From Dehalococcoidia bacterium (GTDB lineage: Bacteria > Chloroflexota > Dehalococcoidia > Plut-88900): a stretch of DNA of 64,000 bases. The notes beneath the pieces are model-generated. The model made no database searches and was not told the DNA's origin. It worked only from the letters and a program-made list of their open reading frames with translations. The position numbers were made by a program, and so were the translations under genes. Below, one piece after another: positions 21,506-30,331 of this stretch; within the stretch, counting starts at the first letter, position 1, and each line of letters opens with the position of its first letter. The stretch is from NCBI GenBank assembly GCA_965207225.1, contig CBDBLV010000005.1, positions 1,120,001-1,184,000 of the forward strand. The letters run 5' to 3'.

Positions 21506-22660
21506 ATGAGAAACAGCGCTGAGGCGGTGATCATCGGGGGTGGGGTTAACGGGTGCAGCATCTGCTACAACCTGGCCGAACGGGGGGTGAAGGCGCCAAT
21601 CCTGGTGGAGCGGTCCAGCCTGGGGGCGGGTTCTACGGGGAGGTCGTCGGGGGTGAGCACGGGGTTCAGCCTCCTGCTGTTCACGCAGCAGAGCGCCTTT
21701 AGCGACACCATTCCCCGGCTGGCGAAGGTGGGACAGGACATACTGCGCAACTTCGAGGAGATCATTGGGGTGGACGCGGGGTATACGGAGACGGGGGTGC
21801 TGTTTCTCGGGGGGAAAGAAGTGGAAGAGCCGGTGGAGGCGAGCTTTGCACTGATCAGAGAGCTCGGGTTTGAGGGAGGGACTATCGGTCGGGAGGAGGC
21901 AAAGGAGTTCGCGCCTTACCTGGAGCTTGACGATATCGACTGCATAGGACTGGAACCCCACGCCGGGTACGCGGACCCGCCGGCGGTGGCGCAGGGATAT
22001 GCGTCGGCGGCAGGGAGGCTGGGCGCCGAGATCGTGCTGGGGAATGCGGCGCTGGACGTGGAGATAGAGGGAGGTCGGGTGAGGGGGGTGGTGACGGAGC
22101 AGGGGAGGATAGAGACGGACACGGCGATAGTGGTCGGGGGGCCATGGGGAGGGCAGCTGATGGCGAAGCTGGGATTCCCGGTCCCATTCAGGCCAACGAG
22201 GCACGAGGTCTTCTTCCTGAAGCGCGGGCCAGGGGCGCCCTCGGGGCACGCGGTAGTCTTCGACCTTCCCAGCCTGACGTACTTCCGCCAGGAAAGCCCC
22301 GACCTGACGCTGGTGGGGGACGTGGAGCACGACGATACGGCGGAGCCGGACAACTTCGAGCAGGGTACGGATATGTCGCTGACTAGGTCGACCTGGCAGA
22401 AGGTCGCCCACCGGATGCCGTCCCTAGCGGACGCGGAGCTGTTCACGAGCTATGCGGGGATGTACACGGAGACGCCGGACGGCTACCCGGTAATCGACAG
22501 GGTGGGCGGGGTGGAGGGGTTGTACCTGGTGGGAGCGTTCAACGGGTACGGGTTCAAGATATCGCCAGCGGTGGGGATAGTGGTTGCGGAGATGGTGACG
22601 GAGGGGGAGTCGAGGACAGTGGACGTTAGCTCGCTGGGGGTGGGGAGGTTTGGGGGGTAG
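21506..22660 (+). CDS. FAD-dependent amine oxidoreductase (DAO/sarcosine oxidase beta-like), paralog 1
   Basis: IIGGGVNG, GSTGRSSG, TPDGYPVI and GYGFKISPAVG motifs. Confidence 0.9.
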   Translation: MRNSAEAVIIGGGVNGCSICYNLAERGVKAPILVERSSLGAGSTGRSSGVSTGFSLLLFTQQSAFSDTIPRLAKVGQDILRNFEEIIGVDAGYTETGVLFLGGKEVEEPVEASFALIRELGFEGGTIGREEAKEFAPYLELDDIDCIGLEPHAGYADPPAVAQGYASAAGRLGAEIVLGNAALDVEIEGGRVRGVVTEQGRIETDTAIVVGGPWGGQLMAKLGFPVPFRPTRHEVFFLKRGPGAPSGHAVVFDLPSLTYFRQESPDLTLVGDVEHDDTAEPDNFEQGTDMSLTRSTWQKVAHRMPSLADAELFTSYAGMYTETPDGYPVIDRVGGVEGLYLVGAFNGYGFKISPAVGIVVAEMVTEGESRTVDVSSLGVGRFGG

Positions 22661-22914
22661 GGTGTAGGTGGACGACCCCTCCCCATTCCGCTCTTGAGAC
22701 TCCCTCGAGGGATTCGGGGCAGGCTGGAGTCGGGAATGACAGTTATGCAAAGGCAGCGGAGTAGTCGGGACAAGCCAAACCGGCTTTGCAGCCTTGACAT
22801 ATCCAAGATGGGATTACATCATTGTTTTACCGAGTCTCTCAGAAGGTGTGACGTAGCATCTTTGTAATCTGCACTCGATGGGGCCAACTACTACTCAAGA
22901 AGGGAGAACGGGCA

Positions 22915-23046
22915 ATGGAACTCCTGATAATCGTTGCGGCGGTGCTGATAATTCTCTTCTTGTTGTTCAGAAAGTGGTACACGTTTTCTGACGACCTGGG
23001 GATTCCGTACGTAGAGGACGAAAAGGACTCCGATCGCAAATATTGA
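22915..23046 (+). CDS. Small single-pass membrane protein (43 aa)
   Basis: GGGAG RBS; MELLIIVAAVLIILFLLFRKWYTFSDDLGIPYVEDEKDSDRKY. Confidence 0.6.
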   Translation: MELLIIVAAVLIILFLLFRKWYTFSDDLGIPYVEDEKDSDRKY

Positions 23047-23203
23047 ATTAGTGGGGCCGGGACCAAGCTTCCGGCGCAAGGATTCGAGTAAAGGAGACGA
23101 GGCCAGGATGGCTCGTCTCTTTTAGTTTTGATGTCAGCCAAGTGCCCTTTCACTTTGGGTACATAAAAGAGAAAGTCGCAGCCAGCAGTAAGAGAGGTGA
23201 GTT

Positions 23204-24370
23204 ATGAGGGGCACTGCAGAAGCCGTAATAATCGGGGGTGGACTTGCAGGGACGAGCATTTGCTTCAACCTGGCGTCGCGGGGGGTCAAGGATACGGTGC
23301 TGCTGGAGAAGGAGGGGCTGGGGGCAGGGTCGACGGGGAAGTCGTCGGGGGTCAGCACGGGGTTCAGCCTTTTGCTGTTCACGCACGGCAGCGAGAGCGC
23401 ATTGCCGATATCGCTGATGGCCAAAGAAGGTCGAAAGTGGTTCAGGAATTTCAAGGAGCTGGTGGGGGCGGAGTCGGGGTGGAGGGAAGTAGGCGTGTTA
23501 TTTCTTTCGGGAGAGGAGTATGCACCGGCATTAAGGTCGGGTTTCGCCAAGGCGCGGGAACTGGGCTTCGAGAATAAGGAGTTAAGCCGAGAAGATCTGA
23601 AAGAGATAGTGCCAGACCTTGAACCCATTGACGTCGACTTCATGGGCTTCGAGCCACGATCCGGGTTTGGGGACCCGCCGGGTGTAGCGCAGGGTTTTGC
23701 CTCGGCGGCGGGGGGGATGGGGGCGGAGATATCGCTGGGGAACGGGGCGTTGGACGTGGAGATAGAGGGGGGCCGGGTGAGGGGGGTGGTAAGCGAGAAG
23801 GGTCGGATAGCCACTGATACGGTAGTCGTGGCAGGGGGGCCGTGGAATGGCGGGCTGATGAAGAAACTGGGCTACGACCTGCCCCTGCAACCCACCAGGC
23901 ATGAAGTGTTCGTCCTGAAGAAAGGGCCCAAGACACCGGTCACGCATCCGGTAATCTTCGACCTGGTAGAAATGACCTACATGCGGGAGGAGAGCCCCGA
24001 CCTGATGCTGGGAGGGGACATACAGAAGGACGAGCACGTAAACGACCCCGAGAATTTCGACCAGGGGACTACCATGGAGCAGACTCAGAGGATCTGGGGA
24101 AGGCTGAGTTCCCTAATGCCGTCGCTGGCAGATGCCGAGCTGTTTACCGGTTTCTCGGGGCTGTACACAAACACGCCGGACAATCTGCCGATCCTGGGCA
24201 AGGTGGATGGCGTGGACGGGCTGTACTTCGCCGGCGGTTTCAACGGGTACGGGTTCAAGCTGTCACCAGCCGTGGGAATCGTGATGGCCGAGCTGATCAC
24301 GGAGGGTGAGGCGAAGCTGGCGGATATCAGCTCGTTGGGGCTGGGGAGATTTGCGGGGGTGAGGGCTTAG
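23204..24370 (+). CDS. FAD-dependent amine oxidoreductase, paralog 2
   Basis: Colinear paralog of 21506..22660. Confidence 0.9.
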   Translation: MRGTAEAVIIGGGLAGTSICFNLASRGVKDTVLLEKEGLGAGSTGKSSGVSTGFSLLLFTHGSESALPISLMAKEGRKWFRNFKELVGAESGWREVGVLFLSGEEYAPALRSGFAKARELGFENKELSREDLKEIVPDLEPIDVDFMGFEPRSGFGDPPGVAQGFASAAGGMGAEISLGNGALDVEIEGGRVRGVVSEKGRIATDTVVVAGGPWNGGLMKKLGYDLPLQPTRHEVFVLKKGPKTPVTHPVIFDLVEMTYMREESPDLMLGGDIQKDEHVNDPENFDQGTTMEQTQRIWGRLSSLMPSLADAELFTGFSGLYTNTPDNLPILGKVDGVDGLYFAGGFNGYGFKLSPAVGIVMAELITEGEAKLADISSLGLGRFAGVRA

Positions 24371-24385
24371 GGGGTATTGGATTCA

Positions 24386-24422
24386 CCCTCACCCTAGCCC
24401 TCTCCCGTCAAGGGAGAGGGGA
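24386..24422. repeat. REP-like palindrome CCCTCACCCTAGCCCTCTCCC...GGGAGAGGG
   Basis: Related copies near 18262-18320 and 29452. Confidence 0.7.
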
Positions 24423-24474
24423 CTGGACACTTCCCCCGACCTCTCGCAGGGCCTCGGGATGACAGTTGGTGGGG

Positions 24475-25935
24475 TTACCAGTGGAGGTCGGGGTGGCGGG
24501 CGGCCTGGGCTTCGTCCAGGCGGGAGACGGGGGTGGTGTGGGGGGCGGTGTTGACGAGGTCGGGGTCGGTCTCCGACTCACGGGCGATGGCTTTCATGGC
24601 GTCGACAAAGGCGTCCAGTGTTCGCTTGCTCTCGCACTCGGTGGGTTCGATCATTAGGGCCTCGGGGACGACCTGGGGGAAATACATGGTCGGGGGGTGG
24701 AAGCCGTAGTCCATGAGGCGCTTGGAGATGTCGAGGGCGCGGACTCCGAGGGCCTTCTGCCTTGAGGCCGAGAACACGGCCTCGTGCATGCAGGTGCGTT
24801 TGTGAGGCAGCAGGTAGTCCTCCTGGAGTCGGGTGGAGAGGTAGTTGGCGTTGAGGACGGCGTTTTCGCTGATCTCCCTCATACCGGGGGCCCCGAGTAG
24901 CCGGATGTAGGCGTAGGCCCTTAGCACGACGCCGAAGTTGCAGTGGAAGGCGCTGATCTTGCCGATGGACTTGGAGGGCCGACCGAGCCTGTATTGCGGG
25001 CCAGATACGGAATCGTCCTTGTAGACGACGGGTGCTGGGAGGTAGTCGGCGAGGGAGTCGGCGGCGCAGACGGGCCCGGCGCCCGGGCCTCCGCCGCCGT
25101 GGGGTGTACTGAAGGTCTTGTGCAGGTTGGAGTGGACCACATCGAAGCCGAGGTCGCCGAAACGGACACGTCCGAGGATGGCGTTGAAGTTGGCACCGTC
25201 GCCGTAGACCAGGGCCCCGGCATCGTGGATGGCGTTGCAGATATCGAGGATGCGGGGGTTGAAGAGGCCGAGGGTGCTGGGAAGGGTGAGCATGAGGCCA
25301 GCGGTCTCGGGGCCGGCGAGCTCTTTGAGGGCTTCGACGTCGAGGTTTCCCTGGGAGTCGGAGGGGGCGGTGACGACCTCGTAGCCGCACATCTTGGCGG
25401 AGGCGGCGTTGGTGCCGTGGGCGGTGTCGGGGATGAGGACTTTCTTCCGGGTCTCCCCTTCGCCGTGTTCCTCGTGGTAGGCGCGGATCATGAGAAGACC
25501 GGCCATCTCGCCGTGCGCCCCAGCGAGGGGGGCCAGGCTGACGGCACTGGCGCCTGTGATCTCGGCGAGGAGGTCCTGGAGCCCGTGCATGATGGCAAGG
25601 GCGCCCTGCGTGGACTCGGGGGGCTGGAGGGGGTGGACCTGGGCGAAACCCGGGAGCCGGGCGACCTCCTCGTGCCACTTGGGGTTGTACTTCATGGTGC
25701 AGCTGCCCAGGGGATAGAAGCCGGTGTCGATGCCGAAGTTGAGCTTGCTGAGGCCAGTGAAGTAGCGGACGAGGCCCAATTCCCCGATTTCGGGGATGTC
25801 CAGATCGCCGCGGAGGAGGGCGTCGTCCGGCAAGTCTGAGGCGGGGACGTCAAGCTCGGGGAGGGTTGTGCCACGGGCTCCGGGGGAGTCGAGGTCCATG
25901 AGGGTGGGGCGGTTGGGTGGGGTGGGGGTGGTCAT
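24475..25935 (-). CDS. gcvPB: Glycine dehydrogenase subunit 2
   Basis: YPLGSCTMKYNP and NLHKTFSTPHGGGGPG (PLP Lys); start trimmed. Confidence 0.96.
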   Translation of the reverse strand: MTTPTPPNRPTLMDLDSPGARGTTLPELDVPASDLPDDALLRGDLDIPEIGELGLVRYFTGLSKLNFGIDTGFYPLGSCTMKYNPKWHEEVARLPGFAQVHPLQPPESTQGALAIMHGLQDLLAEITGASAVSLAPLAGAHGEMAGLLMIRAYHEEHGEGETRKKVLIPDTAHGTNAASAKMCGYEVVTAPSDSQGNLDVEALKELAGPETAGLMLTLPSTLGLFNPRILDICNAIHDAGALVYGDGANFNAILGRVRFGDLGFDVVHSNLHKTFSTPHGGGGPGAGPVCAADSLADYLPAPVVYKDDSVSGPQYRLGRPSKSIGKISAFHCNFGVVLRAYAYIRLLGAPGMREISENAVLNANYLSTRLQEDYLLPHKRTCMHEAVFSASRQKALGVRALDISKRLMDYGFHPPTMYFPQVVPEALMIEPTECESKRTLDAFVDAMKAIARESETDPDLVNTAPHTTPVSRLDEAQAARHPDLHW

Positions 25936-25937
25936 GG

Positions 25938-27245
25938 CTAGGCCAAGTCCTTGAGGGCGTCGACGAGGCGGTCTATCTGGTCTCGGGTGTTGGTTTCGGT
26001 GGTGCAGAGGAGCATTCCGTTGGGGATGGAGTCGCTGACGTCGAGGCCGCCGATGATTTGGGAGTCGAGGAGGACAGCGTTGATCTCGGAGGGGGCCCTG
26101 GGGCATTGGACGACGAATTCGCGGAAGAAGGGGCCTTCGAGAGGCAGGGAGTAGCCGGGCAGTTCGGCGATTTGGGAGGCGGCGTAGTGGGCCTTGTGGT
26201 AACAGAGCCGGGCGACGTGGGCCAGACCCTTAGGGCCAACGGCAGTGAGATATGCGGTGGATGCGAGGGCGACGAGGGCTTCGCTGGTGCAGATGTTGGA
26301 GGTGGCGGTCTGGCGTCGGATGTGCTGCTCGCGGGTCTGGAGGGTGAGGACGTAGCCCTCCCGGCCCTGGTCATCGGTGGTCTTGCCGACGATGCGTCCG
26401 GGCATCTGGCGCAGGTGTCGGGTCTTGGCGGCGAAGAGGCCGACATAAGGGCCCCCGAAGGTGGTGGGTGAGCCAATGGTCTGGCCTTCGCCGACGACGA
26501 TGTCGGCGCCGTAGTCTCCGGGGGACTTGAACATGGCGAGGGCCACGGGGTCGGCGGAGACTACGAGGAGGGCCTTGGCCTCGTGGGTGGCATCGGCGCA
26601 GGAGGAGAGGGAGTTGATACGGCCGTAGAAGTCGGGGTACTGGGCAATGACGCAGGCATCGGCGTCGGTGACAGCGAGGGAGTCGGGGGAGAGGACGGAC
26701 ATGCCGATGCCCTGGGGCCGCATGTAGTGGGCTATGACGTCACGGTAGATGGGGGACACGGTGTCTAGCACAACCACGTTGCTGCGGCGGGTGAGTCGGC
26801 AGGCCATGAGTGCGGCCTCGGCGAGGGCGGTGGAGCCGTCATACATACCGGCGTTGGCAACGTCCATGCCCGTGAGGTGGCAGACCATGGACTGGAAGTC
26901 GTAGGTGGTCTGGAGAGTGCCCTGGCTAATCTCGGCCTGGTAGGGTGTGTAGGAGGTGTAGAACTCACTGCGGCCCGTGACGTGACGGACTACACTGGGG
27001 ATGTAGTGGTTGTAAGAACCCGCACCCAAGAAGCAGGCGGAGTCTTCCAAGTTGGCGTTCTGAAGGGAGAGGGCGCGTAACTCTCGAATCAGTTCCAATT
27101 CGGAGAGGGGGGCGGGGAGGTTGAGGTCGGGGTCCCGGTGGGGCTGGGGGATTTCAAAGAACAGGTCTGCGGCGGAGGCTACGCCGGTGGCCTCCAACAT
27201 AGCCTGGCGGTCGGCGTCGGTGTTGGAGATGTAGGGAGATGACAT
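25938..27245 (-). CDS. gcvPA: Glycine dehydrogenase subunit 1
   Basis: YTPYQAEISQG, MYDG and TREQHIRR..ATSNIC motifs. Confidence 0.96.
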   Translation of the reverse strand: MSSPYISNTDADRQAMLEATGVASAADLFFEIPQPHRDPDLNLPAPLSELELIRELRALSLQNANLEDSACFLGAGSYNHYIPSVVRHVTGRSEFYTSYTPYQAEISQGTLQTTYDFQSMVCHLTGMDVANAGMYDGSTALAEAALMACRLTRRSNVVVLDTVSPIYRDVIAHYMRPQGIGMSVLSPDSLAVTDADACVIAQYPDFYGRINSLSSCADATHEAKALLVVSADPVALAMFKSPGDYGADIVVGEGQTIGSPTTFGGPYVGLFAAKTRHLRQMPGRIVGKTTDDQGREGYVLTLQTREQHIRRQTATSNICTSEALVALASTAYLTAVGPKGLAHVARLCYHKAHYAASQIAELPGYSLPLEGPFFREFVVQCPRAPSEINAVLLDSQIIGGLDVSDSIPNGMLLCTTETNTRDQIDRLVDALKDLA

Positions 27246-27265
27246 GAGGGGTAGAAGTGGGTCGG

Positions 27266-27652
27266 CTAGGCTTCCTCGGCGATCAGGGCTTCGTACTGGT
27301 CGGAGGTCATCAGGTGGTCGAGTTCTGAGGCGTCGGAGAGGCGGACTCTCAGCATCCAGCCGCCGCCGTAGGGCTCCTCGTTGACAAGCTCGGGCCGGTC
27401 CTGAAGCTCCGTGTTTATCTCCAGGACTTCGCCGCTGATGGGGGCGAAGAGCTCGGAGACGGCCTTGGGGGACTCGATTTCACCAAAGGACTTGAACTGC
27501 TCCAGGTTTGCGAGGTCGTCGGGGAAGTAGACGAAAACGATGTCGCCTAGCTGCTCCTGGGCGAAGTGGGTGATGCCGACGAGGGCCTCGTCGTCCGACT
27601 CCACCTTGACCCACTCGTGCTCTCTGGAGTACTTGAGATCATCAGGATTCAT
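27266..27652 (-). CDS. gcvH: Glycine cleavage H protein
   Basis: HEWV, GITHFAQEQLGD, ESPKAVSE (lipoyl Lys). Confidence 0.96.
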   Translation of the reverse strand: MNPDDLKYSREHEWVKVESDDEALVGITHFAQEQLGDIVFVYFPDDLANLEQFKSFGEIESPKAVSELFAPISGEVLEINTELQDRPELVNEEPYGGGWMLRVRLSDASELDHLMTSDQYEALIAEEA

Positions 27653-27748
27653 CTTCACATCACCTCGACAAGCCGCGCGGAGGAGGGTACGCGGGGCATC
27701 AATGTCATTCTGCGCCAAATGGCAGGAAACATCAAGGGGCTAGGAGTC

Positions 27749-27772
27749 GGGGCGGGGGCGGCGGTAGAAGGG
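27749..27772. repeat. 24-bp direct repeat of the gcvT 3' end (other copy 28332-28355)
   Basis: GGGGCGGGGGCGGCGGTAGAAGGG identical on both sides of the TA pair. Confidence 0.85.
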
Positions 27773-27799
27773 TGTGGGGATCAGCGATCTCCTCTAACT

Positions 27800-28054
27800 C
27801 TACCGGCTAATCACGCGTATGTACTCATCATGGTCACCAATCCAGAACCAAAAGAAGTCCCCCGCTTCTCTGACTGCCACCGCGCGGTAGGAAGCCCCCA
27901 CGCGAGCCGACCAGTAGCGCCCAACATTTCTGAACCGCAACGAAGGATGTTGGGGGTTCGCCTTGAGGAGATCGAAGTTCCGATGAGCAATCCGTTGAAC
28001 CGATTCGGGCAGTTCCCGGAGGAGCTGACGAAAGCGCGGGTCAGTCCGGTGCAC
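27800..28054 (-). CDS. RelE/ParE-like toxin
   Basis: HPSLRF...WSARVG..YRA...WFWIG.H.EY pattern; GTG start directly after the antitoxin stop. Confidence 0.8.
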   Translation of the reverse strand: MHRTDPRFRQLLRELPESVQRIAHRNFDLLKANPQHPSLRFRNVGRYWSARVGASYRAVAVREAGDFFWFWIGDHDEYIRVISR

Positions 28055-28252
28055 CTACAGGGCCTCAAGCTGGCCCTTAGCTTTTGCCTCCAGAGCTTTG
28101 GCTGCCATGGCGTCCAGCCTACCGGCTCGGACATCCCGATCAAACTCCTGCTCCCAACGCTCCCAGTCCTGGTCCCGAAGCCAGCGTACCAGTTCCGCGT
28201 AGTCAGTGTCGGACAGGTCCAGGATGGCTTGTTGCAGTTCCGTCACCTTCAT
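28055..28252 (-). CDS. Putative antitoxin
   Basis: 65-aa helical acidic protein (W...D...GRLD) immediately upstream of the toxin; GAGG RBS. Confidence 0.75.
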   Translation of the reverse strand: MKVTELQQAILDLSDTDYAELVRWLRDQDWERWEQEFDRDVRAGRLDAMAAKALEAKAKGQLEAL

Positions 28253-28328
28253 CGTCGTTTCCTCTGGTTGAGCACTCCAAGGCAATTGTACCGGAATCTC
28301 TGGCTCACAAACGAATTGGAACACATTA

Positions 28329-29405
28329 CTAGGGGCGGGGGCGGCGGTAGAAGGGCATGGGGGTGACGGTGGCGGGGACATGGCGGCCGCGGATGTCGAT
28401 ATCTATCTTTGTGTCCTTACGGGCAAGGGCCACGGGCACAAGGCCCATGCCGATGTCGAGGTTGAGGCTGGGGGCGCGGCCGCCGCTGGTGACCTCACCG
28501 ACAACCCGACCCTCGTGGAGGATAGCCTGGCCATGCCTGGGGATACCTCGGGCGTCCATGACGAAACCGGCGAGCCGACGCTCGGGGCCCTGCTCCTTGA
28601 CCTTGAGCAGAGCATCCTTGCCAGTGAAAGGGCCGGCGGTGAGATCTACGAAGCGGCCCAGGCCCGCCTCGAAGGGGTTGACTGTGGTGTTCATGTCGTT
28701 GCCGTAGAGTCGGAGTGCGGCTTCCAGGCGGAGGCTGTCCCGGGCCACGAGGCCACAAGGGGCGACCCCGGAATCAGCGAGGCGGTCCCACGTGGGGATG
28801 GCGGCGTCGGCGTTGACGATGATCTCGACTCCGTCCTCACCGGTGTATCCGGTACGGGCTATGAAGGTGTCGGAGGGGGCGTCTACGGTGATGGAGAAGA
28901 GGGTTGAGGAGTCGGGGTTGAAGGGGAAGAGGGATTGGACGATGGAGACGGCGGTCGGGCCCTGGACGGCGATCATGGCCGTTTCCTCGGTGCGGTCTAC
29001 CAGGTCAGCATTTGGGAACTCGGGGGCCTTGTCCCGGATGGTGTTTACGATGACCTCGCGGTTGGAGGCATTGCAGACGATGAAGACTCGCTGGTCGGGG
29101 AGGCGGTAGACGATGAGGTCGTCGAGGATACCGCCTGACTCGTTGCAGGCCATGCAGTATTTGGCATGGCCGGAAGGGATGGCCGTTACATCGGCGGTGA
29201 CCACGGAGTCGGCGAGGGACAGGGCGTCGGGGCCCTGGAGAAAGAGCCTGCCCATGTGGGAGACATCGAACATGCCGGCATGGGAGCGTACGGCGTGGTG
29301 CTCCTGGATGGCGGAGCCGTAGCGGGCGGGCATGTCCCAGCCGGCGAACTCGATCATCTGGGCGTCGAGGGTGAGGTGGGCGGGGTGGAGGGGGGTGGTT
29401 TTCAT
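28329..29405 (-). CDS. gcvT: Glycine cleavage aminomethyltransferase
   Basis: FAGWDMP, FDVSHMG, RTGYTGEDG and RDSLRLEA motifs. Confidence 0.97.
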   Translation of the reverse strand: MKTTPLHPAHLTLDAQMIEFAGWDMPARYGSAIQEHHAVRSHAGMFDVSHMGRLFLQGPDALSLADSVVTADVTAIPSGHAKYCMACNESGGILDDLIVYRLPDQRVFIVCNASNREVIVNTIRDKAPEFPNADLVDRTEETAMIAVQGPTAVSIVQSLFPFNPDSSTLFSITVDAPSDTFIARTGYTGEDGVEIIVNADAAIPTWDRLADSGVAPCGLVARDSLRLEAALRLYGNDMNTTVNPFEAGLGRFVDLTAGPFTGKDALLKVKEQGPERRLAGFVMDARGIPRHGQAILHEGRVVGEVTSGGRAPSLNLDIGMGLVPVALARKDTKIDIDIRGRHVPATVTPMPFYRRPRP

Positions 29406-29503
29406 GGGTGACTTTGATTTGGGCAGGCGAGCTTATTGTCTTTCGTTTTCACCCTCACCCCAACTCTTTCCTTCGAGAGGTCTTTGCAAAGCCGTCGTGT
29501 CGT

Positions 29504-29573
29504 GGGGAACCCCTCCCGGAATCCGCTCGACCCTTCGAGCGGCCTCAGGATGAGCGGATTCCGCCCCACCCCA
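29504..29573. repeat. ~70-bp palindromic repeat, second copy
   Basis: Near-identical to 8558-8627. Confidence 0.85.
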
Positions 29574-29664
29574 GTTTCATACCCTAGGCACATCTCCGAC
29601 CTCGGGGGGAATCCGAATGACAGTTGGGTGAGGTCTCCTATAGGGGAAGGAAATAAGGCAAGGG

Positions 29665-29994
29665 CTATTTGAGGGGGGAGTAGGAGGTGGGGCCGTAGAA
29701 GGTGTGAAACTCCCGGGTGACGATGGCACCGTGTTTCCTGCCGACCTCTTGACGCCCGGCGAGCCAGTCGGGGTGGTTGAAGAAGGCCTGCCACTTCTCC
29801 TCGCGCTCGTTGAGGGACTCCCAGGCGAGCATGTAGGAGAGGGCGTTGGTGTAGTCGCCGGCGACGGGGGTCCAGGCCCCGACCAGCCTCATGCCTACCT
29901 TTTCAAAGACGGGCACGGCAAGGTCTTCCATGACCTCGTTGAGGGCAGGCATCTTGCCGGGCGCGGCTTCGTATCTTCGCATTTCGTAGATCAC
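29665..29994 (-). CDS. NIPSNAP family protein
   Basis: IYEMRRY...PGK...W...REEKW..F..HPDW...PTSYSP; AGGAGG RBS before GTG. Confidence 0.88.
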   Translation of the reverse strand: MIYEMRRYEAAPGKMPALNEVMEDLAVPVFEKVGMRLVGAWTPVAGDYTNALSYMLAWESLNEREEKWQAFFNHPDWLAGRQEVGRKHGAIVTREFHTFYGPTSYSPLK

Positions 29995-30331
29995 CGGAGC
30001 ACCTCCTGAGTGGTGGGGTGGGGACAGGGGAATGTTACCACAGGGGCGGGCAATTTGATTATTCAGCGGAAGATATTTGGGCTGCCCCGCTCTACAAAAA
30101 CTCAGGCCGCCTATCTTTCGATAGGCGGCCCTAGTTCGAACACTCATCCATCAAAGGAGGAAATGTTCCCCAATAAGGGGGGGTCATTCTAACACGAGGA
30201 TTTATCTCAGGTCAAGGGCTGTTTGTGCGGGGCGGATTCCGAGCAAACCACCTGCCTTTCGAGGAATCCTTGATAGGCCATGCTATGCTGATTTCAAGGG
30301 ACCGCCAGTGACATTCCGGGGGAGGTGTGCC

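Noticed and set aside
13451-27718. Long N-terminal extensions on carA, gcvPB and gcvH in the ORF track
   Set aside because: Family homology begins at downstream starts (14545, 25935, 27652); for carA and gcvPB the extensions also overlap the upstream gene.
29406-29660. Glycine riboswitch upstream of gcvT
   Set aside because: No recognisable aptamer motifs; the region is made of REP-like palindromes.
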